A model generated the notes under the pieces. It was not told the origin of the DNA. It made no database searches and was given only the letters and a program-made list of their open reading frames with translations. Made by a program: the position numbers and the translations under genes. From assembly GCA_035437825.1 (NCBI GenBank), contig DAOMYX010000001.1, positions 113,220-177,219 on the forward strand: a DNA stretch of 64,000 bases, read 5' to 3'. Shown piece by piece: positions 53,928-61,363 of this stretch (position 1 is its first letter; each line of letters starts with the position of its first letter). This DNA is from Alphaproteobacteria bacterium (GTDB lineage Bacteria > Pseudomonadota > Alphaproteobacteria > Micavibrionales > UBA2020).

Positions 53928-54598
53928 TGAATGCTGACAATAAAAAACCTGAACTGAGCCCTGAACAAAAAGCTGTCAAGGCGCAGAAAAGCCGCCGCGA
54001 CGGGTATGTTTTGATATTCCTCGCGCTGATGCTTTTTGCCGTGGGGACTTATTTCAGGGAATCTGACAGCGCGCATCATAAATTGCTGGTGCATAACGGC
54101 GCTGTGGGCTCCGTTTTTGAACAAAGCGTGCTGGTCATGCTCAAGCACGATGCCTCGGGCGGCTATGGGGTTATCATCAACCGTCCGGATGAAAAAAATC
54201 CCGGCTATTTCGTAGGCGGTCCGATGGAGCCTGAAAAAATCTCAGCCCTTTACAAAGGCGTCGCGAATTTCGAAGGCGGCGTGCCTGTAGGCGATACGGG
54301 GCTTTATTATATCGAGGGCGCGCGTGCGGAGGAACTGCGCAAGCTGAACCCGCCCCCCGCGTGGTTTATCGTTATCCGCGGTTATGCGGGCTGGTCGCCG
54401 CGGCAGCTTGACCGCGAAATCTTGCGCGAATGGTGGAAGATTGCGGATATGGATTTGCCGCTGGTCACCGAAACATCGCCCGAATTTATCTGGCGCGCGG
54501 CAACGGACAAAGCGGCTCTTGCCGAAGAAGCCGCCAAACGCGGCATAGAGCCCGCCGCGCTTGAAGAAGAGCGCAAGAACAAAAAAGACGGTCTTTAA
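53927..54598 (+). CDS. YqgE/AlgH-family protein with N-terminal transmembrane extension
   Basis: Core VFEQSVLVMLKHDASGGYGVIINRP...GGPMEP...IRGYAGWSPRQLDREI is AlgH-like. It is preceded by a basic segment and a TM (GYVLIFLALMLFAVGTYF). Its ATG overlaps the upstream stop (TAATG). Confidence 0.7.
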   Translation: MNADNKKPELSPEQKAVKAQKSRRDGYVLIFLALMLFAVGTYFRESDSAHHKLLVHNGAVGSVFEQSVLVMLKHDASGGYGVIINRPDEKNPGYFVGGPMEPEKISALYKGVANFEGGVPVGDTGLYYIEGARAEELRKLNPPPAWFIVIRGYAGWSPRQLDREILREWWKIADMDLPLVTETSPEFIWRAATDKAALAEEAAKRGIEPAALEEERKNKKDGL

Positions 54599-54604
54599 TC
54601 CGCT

Positions 54605-55522
54605 TTATTTGCGGCGTGCCGCACGCTTCTTTTCAGCTTCTACCGCGTAATCGCCCGTGCCCTTGTGGAATACTTTATCGGTATCCAGCAGGGTGCCTGC
54701 TTTATGCTCCGGCTTGTCTTTCAATTCGGCATAAAGCGGCGTGAAGTCGGCATAGGTGTCGTTGAACAGCTGCTCGAAACTGTCGATGACGAAATAGTTG
54801 TCCTGAAAATCGTCAATCTGGTAATGCGTTTGCAGCAGGCGCTTCACGTCAAATCCGATGCGGTGGGGCGATACGCTTTCAAGCGCGAAAACGGACTCCG
54901 TCGGCGATGACAAAATGCCCGCACCGTAAATGCGCAGGCCGTCTTTTTGCCGGATAAGCCCGAATTCGACCGTGTACCAGTAAAGCCGCGCGATTTTATG
55001 CGTCATGCCCATGCCGGCGGCTTTCAGCCCGCCCTTGCCGTATTCTTCCATGTATTTGGCGAAAGTGGGGTCGGCCAGTAGCGGCACATGGCCGAAGACG
55101 TCGTGGAATACGTCAGGCTCTTGAATGTAATCGAGGCTGTCGCGCGTGCGGATGAAATTTCCGGCCGGAAAGCGGCGGTTGGCCAGAAGCTCGAAAAACG
55201 GCTCGTCCGGAATAAGCCCTTCGACAGGTACCACCTGCCAGCCCGTGCGCTTCATCAAAATCGCGTTCACTTCGTCGAACGACGGCACGCGCTCCGCATC
55301 GATGCCGAGCGTTGACATGGAATCCATGAACAGGTCGATGGCGCGGCCTTTCAATATTTCCTGCTGGCGTTTGAACAAAATGCGCCAGACGTCGTTTTCT
55401 TCTTCTGTATAGATGTGCTGGGGCACGATAAAGAAATCAAGGTCGCCGCGCGTCCATCCATCGCCCGGATTATAGTGCTTTGCCGATGCAAGGCCGCGGT
55501 CTTCGGGGATGTTGTTGGTCAC
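54605..55522 (-). CDS. phhA: Phenylalanine 4-hydroxylase
   Basis: Iron ligands PDVFHDVFGHVPLL and LYWYTVEFGLI. GTG start overlaps the maiA stop (GTGA). Confidence 0.9.
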   Translation of the reverse strand: MTNNIPEDRGLASAKHYNPGDGWTRGDLDFFIVPQHIYTEEENDVWRILFKRQQEILKGRAIDLFMDSMSTLGIDAERVPSFDEVNAILMKRTGWQVVPVEGLIPDEPFFELLANRRFPAGNFIRTRDSLDYIQEPDVFHDVFGHVPLLADPTFAKYMEEYGKGGLKAAGMGMTHKIARLYWYTVEFGLIRQKDGLRIYGAGILSSPTESVFALESVSPHRIGFDVKRLLQTHYQIDDFQDNYFVIDSFEQLFNDTYADFTPLYAELKDKPEHKAGTLLDTDKVFHKGTGDYAVEAEKKRAARRK

Positions 55523-56208
55523 GACGCTTTTCCTTTCATGAAACTGGGACGCTGGTCATCGGGCGTATCGGGCTGGTTTTCGGGGCAGGACGCAACGAAA
55601 GCCGGCAAATCGGCGCAGGCCGCATCAATCGCGCTGAGCACAGGCCATGCCGCCATATCCATTTCATAGCGGCGGGCGTTGTAAACCTGCGGCACAAGGC
55701 ACATATCCGCCATGGTCGGCGCATCGCCGCAAACGAAGCTGCCTTTGTAAAAAGGGCTGCGGGTGATAAGGGCTTCAAGCGCGTCAAAACCCTGGCGTAT
55801 CCATTTCTGATACCATTCCATTTTTTGCGCCTGCGTGACGCCAAGGTCTGCTGTCAGGTGATTGAGGATTTTCAGGTTGTTGATGGGGTGAATGTCGGCA
55901 ACATTTACCAGCGAAACCTGCCGTACATACGCACGCTCTTCTGCGCCCTGCGGCAGCAAGGCGGGCGCGGGGAATTTTTCTTCAAGATATTCCATGATGG
56001 CCATGGATTGCGTCAGGATGAAATCGCCATCGACCAGAGTTGGCACCAGCGATTGCGGGTTCAGCGCCTTGTATTCCGGCTTGTGCTGTTCGCCGCCGTC
56101 GCGCACCAGATGCACGGGGATATATTCAAACGGAATGTTTTTGAAATGCAGCGCCAGCCGCGCGCGATAGGCGCAGGACGACCTGTAATAGCTATAGAGC
56201 TGCATCAT
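55519..56208 (-). CDS. maiA: Maleylacetoacetate isomerase (zeta-class GST)
   Basis: MMQLYSYYRSSCAYRARLAL (zeta-GST SSCxxRxRIAL motif) ... NPQSLVPTLVDGDFILTQSMAIMEYLEE. This is only the last ~229 codons of the 693-aa track ORF. Confidence 0.9.
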   Translation of the reverse strand: MMQLYSYYRSSCAYRARLALHFKNIPFEYIPVHLVRDGGEQHKPEYKALNPQSLVPTLVDGDFILTQSMAIMEYLEEKFPAPALLPQGAEERAYVRQVSLVNVADIHPINNLKILNHLTADLGVTQAQKMEWYQKWIRQGFDALEALITRSPFYKGSFVCGDAPTMADMCLVPQVYNARRYEMDMAAWPVLSAIDAACADLPAFVASCPENQPDTPDDQRPSFMKGKAS

Positions 56209-56341
56209 GGCGATGACCCCTGAATATCCTGATAAAACCGATGGTTGGATTTTATCGGGCGGCGGGCAGGACGGGCAAGTCTGTCCGCACTGCACAATTA
56301 CATAATACCACACTTTTGATGTAAGTTCATGATACCCTTGA

Positions 56342-56370
56342 TTGACAGGTTGGCGCGTTATGTCTAAATT
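56342..56370 (+). promoter_or_regulatory. Predicted promoter of the tandem ankyrin genes
   Basis: TTGACA - 17 nt - TAAATT, about 40 nt upstream of the ATG at 56413. Confidence 0.35.
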
Positions 56371-56412
56371 TTGATTTCTCATATTTATATCAACATTCAA
56401 TGCGCGGGCGTC

Positions 56413-57267
56413 ATGGGCTGGATAAAAACCCCTGAAGAAAAAGCGGCAGCACGTCAAAAACGTCTCGATAAGGGGCTGTTCAAGGACGATACGCGCAAGG
56501 TCATCGCCGCGCTTGATGCGGGCGCCAATCCGAACGCGCGCAACGAATACGGCTATAGCGCTATTTCCTATCAGGCCTCCAGCCGCCGCAATGAAGCGGT
56601 GAAGGTACTGCTGGCGCGCGGCGCAGACCCGAACGGCAAAACTGATAACGATTATTCCGCCCTGATGGCCGCGGCGTCGCATAATGATGTGGAGCTGGCA
56701 AAGCTTTTGTGCGACCACGGCGCGCATATTAATGCGCAAAGCCACGATGGCCGCACGCCGCTGCACCATGCCGCCTATTGGGGGCGTGGAAAAATCATCC
56801 AGTTCCTGCTGTCGCAGGGGGCGGATACCACATTGCGCGATGGGCGCATGAACAGCGCGGCCGATATCGCGGCCAAAGAAAACTATCCGGGCGTTGCGGC
56901 GCTGCTGCGCGGGGAATTGGACGAAGTGCCCAAAGAAGATGCTGCGCCGGCCGCCGGCGTATGGCATTTGACGGCGCCCGATGAAATTGCGCGTATTGAT
57001 GACAAGCCGGCTATCGGCTATCGCATTACCGAGATTTTTAACTTTGGTGCAGGGGTATATAACCGCATCGCGCGTAACCTTTCGACCGACCACGAAAGCC
57101 AGTCTATGCGGCTGTTCGATGAAATGCACGGCAGTCCGATATTGCAGCAGGCAGCAGATGCCTTTGTGCGTTTGGGCGGCGATGCTGAAAACGCTGCTGC
57201 CGCCCAATCTTTGACGGCCAAAAAACCCGCAGGCCTGACGCTGCACCCAAGCGGCAGGAGCGCCTGA
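56413..57267 (+). CDS. Ankyrin-repeat protein with conserved unknown C-terminal domain (tandem copy 1)
   Basis: ANK repeats: GANPNARNEYGYSAISYQASSRRNEAVKVLLARGADPNGKTDNDYSALMAAASHNDVELAKLLCDHGAHINAQSHDGRTPLHHAAYWG. C-domain: WHLTAPDEIARIDDKPAIGYRITEIFNFGAG... Confidence 0.8.
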   Translation: MGWIKTPEEKAAARQKRLDKGLFKDDTRKVIAALDAGANPNARNEYGYSAISYQASSRRNEAVKVLLARGADPNGKTDNDYSALMAAASHNDVELAKLLCDHGAHINAQSHDGRTPLHHAAYWGRGKIIQFLLSQGADTTLRDGRMNSAADIAAKENYPGVAALLRGELDEVPKEDAAPAAGVWHLTAPDEIARIDDKPAIGYRITEIFNFGAGVYNRIARNLSTDHESQSMRLFDEMHGSPILQQAADAFVRLGGDAENAAAAQSLTAKKPAGLTLHPSGRSA

Positions 57268-58094
57268 TGGGTATGTTTTTCGACAGCAAACAGGAAAAAC
57301 TCGACCGCCGTGTTTACAAGGCGATTGACGCCAAGAGCGTTGCCAAGCTGCAAGAGGCGCTCGACGCCGGCGGCGCGCTTGAAGCCAACGGCTATTGGGG
57401 CTGGGTTTATCATGCGGTGAATGCCCGTTTTGACGACGGCGTTTCGGTTCTGCTGGAACGCGGTGCCCCCGTGGATGCGCGCGGGCCTTACGGCTATACG
57501 CCGCTGCGTATCGCGGCCACCAGCGGTCACCGCGATATCGCCAATGTTTTGCTTGCTGCTGGGGCGGATATTCACGCCGTTGATGAAACGGGCTGGACAC
57601 CGCTGCACGGTGCCGCGCATGCGGGCAAGATGGACATGATTGTGTTCCTGCTGGAACATGGCGCGGATATGCAGGCGCGGGATAAACACATGAATACCCC
57701 TGCCGATATTGCGGCCAAGCAATACCCGCGCATTGCCGAATACCTGTGGGAAAAAATGGGCGTGGGGCAGGAAAAGCAGGAAACGGCGCCGCTGGAGCCC
57801 GGCTGGCATCTGACAGGCGATGATGAAATCGCCCATGTGTCCGACAAACCGGCGATTGGCTACCGCTTTACGGATGTTTTTAATTTCAGCGCCAAAATCC
57901 ACACACGGATTGCCGAAAACACCCGGACGCATGCCGAAAGCAGCAGCGTGAAAACATTCGCGGATTTGGAAGATAGCGCGCTGCTGGAGCAAGCTTTCGA
58001 AGCCTTCCGCGCACGCGGCGGCAAGGCGGATGATTATACGCTCGACAAGCCTAAAGCGCAGCCGGGGTTGCACCGGGGCGGCCCTCAGCCCTAA
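57267..58094 (+). CDS. Ankyrin-repeat protein with conserved unknown C-terminal domain (tandem copy 2)
   Basis: Its start overlaps the upstream stop (TGATG). ANK repeats: GYTPLRIAATSGHRDIANVLLAAGADIHAVDETGWTPLHGAAHAGKMDMIVFLLEHGADMQ. C-domain: WHLTGDDEIAHVSDKPAIGYRFTDVFNFSAK... Confidence 0.8.
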   Translation: MGMFFDSKQEKLDRRVYKAIDAKSVAKLQEALDAGGALEANGYWGWVYHAVNARFDDGVSVLLERGAPVDARGPYGYTPLRIAATSGHRDIANVLLAAGADIHAVDETGWTPLHGAAHAGKMDMIVFLLEHGADMQARDKHMNTPADIAAKQYPRIAEYLWEKMGVGQEKQETAPLEPGWHLTGDDEIAHVSDKPAIGYRFTDVFNFSAKIHTRIAENTRTHAESSSVKTFADLEDSALLEQAFEAFRARGGKADDYTLDKPKAQPGLHRGGPQP

Positions 58095-58115
58095 AATAAT
58101 AACCGGCGTTTTTTC

Positions 58116-59144
58116 TTACCCGCCATGTCCGCTGCGGCGTGCGGCGCGGCGTTCTGCCAATGACACATACTGGTATTGCGATACCTTTTGGTCAATCGCG
58201 CCGAATATCGATTTGCCGTTTGCATCCAGCATTTCGATTTTGACTGTTTCGCCGAACTTCATGAAGGGGGTTTTAAATTCCCCGTGTTCGACTTTTTCCA
58301 GCATGCGTTTTTCGACGATGCAGGAATGTCCTTTGCTGCGGTCAACGTTGGACACCGTGCCGGAGCCGATAATCGTCCCCGCGCAAAGCGGGCGGGTTTT
58401 GGCGGCATGGGCGATAAGCTGCGCGAAGTCGAAAACCATATCGACGCCTGCATCCGGCTCCCCGAATTTTTCGCCGTTCCAGTAGCTGAGCAGCGGCAGG
58501 TGCAACTTGTTGTCTTTCCACGCGGCGCCCAGCGTTTGCGGCGATACCGCAACAGGCGAAAACGCGCTTGAGGGTTTGGATTGCAAAAAGCCGAAACCCT
58601 TGGCCAGTTCCGGCTGCGCGATATAACGCAGCGTCACGTCGTTGACCAGCATGACCAGCTTGATGTGGCTGCCGGCATCCTCGGCCGTTGTGCCCATGGG
58701 TACGTCGTCGGTGATGACGGCGACTTCGCCTTCGAAATCGATGCCCCAGTCGTCCTGTGCGAAAACGATGTCATCCATTGGGCCGAGGAAGCTGTCGGAG
58801 CCGCCTTGGTACATCAGCGGGTCTGTCCAGAAACTCGGCGGCATTTCGGCACCGCGTGCTTTGCGTACCAGCTCGACGTGGTTCACATACGCGCTGCCAT
58901 CTGCCCATTGATAGGCGCGGGGCAGGGGCGATGCGCACTGTTTAGGGTCAAACGGTTGCGGCGCGGCCTTGCCGGTCTCAAGGTCTTTGCAAAGCTGTTC
59001 CAGCTGCAAATGGCAATCCGGCCAATGCTCCAGCGCGTATTGCAGCGTCGGGGCGATTTTTTCTGCCGATGTGGCCTTCGTCAGGTCGCCGCTGACCGCC
59101 ATCAGCCGCCCGTCGCGACCGTGTTTGTAGGAAGCGAGTTTCAT
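58116..59144 (-). CDS. Fumarylacetoacetate hydrolase family protein (probable FahA)
   Basis: 342 aa; ...WGIDFEGEVAVITDD...LVMLVNDVTLR...GTIIGSGTVSN.... FAH-fold motifs and position between hppD and maiA. Confidence 0.8.
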   Translation of the reverse strand: MKLASYKHGRDGRLMAVSGDLTKATSAEKIAPTLQYALEHWPDCHLQLEQLCKDLETGKAAPQPFDPKQCASPLPRAYQWADGSAYVNHVELVRKARGAEMPPSFWTDPLMYQGGSDSFLGPMDDIVFAQDDWGIDFEGEVAVITDDVPMGTTAEDAGSHIKLVMLVNDVTLRYIAQPELAKGFGFLQSKPSSAFSPVAVSPQTLGAAWKDNKLHLPLLSYWNGEKFGEPDAGVDMVFDFAQLIAHAAKTRPLCAGTIIGSGTVSNVDRSKGHSCIVEKRMLEKVEHGEFKTPFMKFGETVKIEMLDANGKSIFGAIDQKVSQYQYVSLAERRAARRSGHGG

Positions 59145-59162
59145 TTTTCTGTTCGTTTCTGC

Positions 59163-60218
59163 TTATGCTTTCAAAACGCCGCGGCGCACTTGATCGTCTT
59201 CCAGCGACTGGAACAGCGCCTTGAAGTTGCCTTCGCCGAAGCCTTCGTTGCCTTTACGCTGGATGATTTCATAGAAAATCGGGCCGATGGCGTCTTTGGT
59301 AAAGATTTGCAAAAGCAGCCCCTGGCCTTTGGTCGGCGCGCCGTCCACAAGGATGTTCAGGGATTGCATGCGGGCGAGGTCTTCGCCGTGGCCGGGCACC
59401 CGTTCATCCACGCGGGCGTAATAGGTGTCTTTGGTTTCCTGAAAGTCGATACCTTTGGCGTTCAGTTGTTCGACGGTGGCATAGATGTTGTCGGTGCCGA
59501 AGGCGATATGCTGGATGCCTTCGCCGTTATAACGCTTCAGGAATTCCTCAATCTGCGATTTGTCGTCGGAGGATTCGTTGATAGGAATGCGGATTTTGCC
59601 GCAGGGGCTGGTCATGGCCTTGGATTTCAGGCCGGTCAGCTTGCCTTCGATGTCGAAATAGCGGATTTCGCGGAAGTTGAACAAATCGGTATAAAAATTT
59701 GCCCATTTGTCCATGTTGCCGCGGTTGACGTTGTGCGTCAGGTGGTCGAGGTAGGTAAGGCCGACGCCTGCATTGGGCGCGGTGTCGGTAAAATTGAAAT
59801 CTGTCTGATAAATCGAACCCTTGTCGCCATAGACATCGACAAAGTACAGAACCGAACCGCCGATGCCGACGACGGCGGGGATTTTCAGCTCGCCTGCGCC
59901 GATGCTGCCTTCAAACGGAACGGCGCCTTTTTCAAGCGCACGGGCGTAGGCTTTTTGCGCATCCTTGACGCGGAAGGCCATGGCGCGCGCTGCACCGCCG
60001 TTGCGGTCGGCGGCATAGGCCATCGCTTCGGGCTCTTCGTTCAGGATGAAGTTGATATCGCCCTGTTGCCACAGCGTGACTTTTTTGGATTTATGCGTCG
60101 CGGTTTTTTTGAAGCCGAGGTTGGTGAACAAATCGACCAGTTCCTGCGGGTTCTTGTGGCAGTACTCCACGAATTCAAAACCGTCGGTGCCCATCGGGTT
60201 TTCAAACAAATCGGCCAT
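59163..60218 (-). CDS. hppD: 4-hydroxyphenylpyruvate dioxygenase
   Basis: 351 aa; FEFVEY...GEGIQHIAF...LLQIFTKDAIGPIFYEIIQRKGNEGFGEGNFKALFQSLE. Confidence 0.95.
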   Translation of the reverse strand: MADLFENPMGTDGFEFVEYCHKNPQELVDLFTNLGFKKTATHKSKKVTLWQQGDINFILNEEPEAMAYAADRNGGAARAMAFRVKDAQKAYARALEKGAVPFEGSIGAGELKIPAVVGIGGSVLYFVDVYGDKGSIYQTDFNFTDTAPNAGVGLTYLDHLTHNVNRGNMDKWANFYTDLFNFREIRYFDIEGKLTGLKSKAMTSPCGKIRIPINESSDDKSQIEEFLKRYNGEGIQHIAFGTDNIYATVEQLNAKGIDFQETKDTYYARVDERVPGHGEDLARMQSLNILVDGAPTKGQGLLLQIFTKDAIGPIFYEIIQRKGNEGFGEGNFKALFQSLEDDQVRRGVLKA

Positions 60219-60424
60219 GGCGATGTCCTTCCTTCAAAGTCTGCGTGAATGTCATTGAACGGGAATGAGTATTGATGCTTTTGCCGCTAAATTCAAGCCG
60301 TTCGGGGCAGAGAAGGGACTGTTATATTTCTGAAAAACATGATGCTTTGCACCATTTTTGGGCTTGGTTTTCCATGTTTGCAATTCTAATATGGCAACAG
60401 TTTTGATTTACCACAGGAAAGTTT

Positions 60425-61363
60425 ATGTCCAGCACCCCGCGCGGCCAGATGTCATTGCCGTTTATTCCGCCCGCATCCTGCGATTTGCGCGTCAGTTTCG
60501 AATTCTTTCCGCCCAAGACGGAAGAAATGGAAAAAACGCTCTGGGCTTCGCTGGATGTTCTGGCGCCGCTGCAGCCGTCTTTCGTTTCGGTGACGTATGG
60601 TGCTGGCGGCTCCACGCGGGCGCGCACCCATGACATTGTCACGCGCATACAGGCGCAGACAGGTATTGGCGCTGCCGCGCATTTGACATGCGTCGGCGCC
60701 ACGCGCGGCGAAATTGACGCGATTGCGCGCACCTATCTGGAGGTAGGCATCCGCCATATCGTCGCGCTGCGCGGTGATTTGCCGGGCGGGCAGCAGAAAT
60801 ACGTTCCGCATCCGGACGGTTATGCCTATGCCGCCGACCTTGTCGAAGGCCTGCGCCAAATTGCCGATTTCGATATCAGCGTTGCGGGTTATCCCGAAAC
60901 GCATCCGGAAGCGCAAAGCGCAGAAGCCGACCTTGAAAACCTGCGCCGCAAGGTGGATGCAGGCGCAAGCCGTGTGATGACGCAATTTTTTATGGAGCCG
61001 GAAGATTTCTTGCGCTACCGCGACCGCGTGGCGGCGATGGGCGTTTCCGTGCCCGTTGTGCCGGGTATTCTGCCGATTACGAATGTGGATAGAACCGTAT
61101 CTTTCGCCAAGGCCTGCGGCGCGAAAATCCCCGCATGGATGCCGACATTGTTCGAAGGGCTGGATGACCAGCCCAAAACCCGTCAACTTGTCGCGGCGAC
61201 GGTGGCGGCTGAGCAATGCCGTGTGCTGTATGAACACGGCGTGCGTGATTTCCATTTCTATACGCTGAACCGCGCCGACCTGACACTCGCAATTTGCCAC
61301 ATGCTGGGCTTGCGTGCTGCACCCGCGCAGGACGTCAAGGCGAGGGCAGGCGGCGGCCTGTGA
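60425..61363 (+). CDS. metF: Methylenetetrahydrofolate reductase
   Basis: VSFEFFPPKT...FVSVTYGAGGSTR...HLTCVGATRGEI...VALRGD...GYPETHPEA...QFFMEPEDFLRYRD. Confidence 0.9.
   Translation: MSSTPRGQMSLPFIPPASCDLRVSFEFFPPKTEEMEKTLWASLDVLAPLQPSFVSVTYGAGGSTRARTHDIVTRIQAQTGIGAAAHLTCVGATRGEIDAIARTYLEVGIRHIVALRGDLPGGQQKYVPHPDGYAYAADLVEGLRQIADFDISVAGYPETHPEAQSAEADLENLRRKVDAGASRVMTQFFMEPEDFLRYRDRVAAMGVSVPVVPGILPITNVDRTVSFAKACGAKIPAWMPTLFEGLDDQPKTRQLVAATVAAEQCRVLYEHGVRDFHFYTLNRADLTLAICHMLGLRAAPAQDVKARAGGGL

Noticed and set aside
55519-57600. 693-aa minus-strand ORF
   Set aside because: Only its last ~229 codons (from MMQLYSYY at 56208) form maleylacetoacetate isomerase. The upstream 460 codons are Arg-rich antisense of the plus-strand ankyrin genes and cross an AT-rich promoter region.
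29647-60248. Other long ORFs on the opposite strand of well-supported genes, e.g. 29647..30996(-), 33282..34829(+), 24905..26161(-), 48025..49647(-), 58581..60248(+), 57018..58073(-), 52830..53891(-) beyond its last 92 codons, 13417..14469(-)
   Set aside because: All overlap genes with unambiguous family motifs (tolB, ctpA, ruvB, the M20 hydrolase, hppD/fah, the ankyrin genes, the GNAT-like gene, prfB). They have the Arg/Gly/Ala/His-rich composition typical of high-GC shadow frames.
60241-60424. Possible SAM-responsive riboswitch (SAM-II-like U-rich/GGCUU segment 'catttttgggcttggtttt') in the metF 5' region
   Set aside because: I could not find the complementary downstream AAAGC(U) pseudoknot partner or a convincing P1 stem. 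A covariance-model scan (Rfam RF00521/RF01826) is needed, and a hit above the gathering threshold would revive this call.
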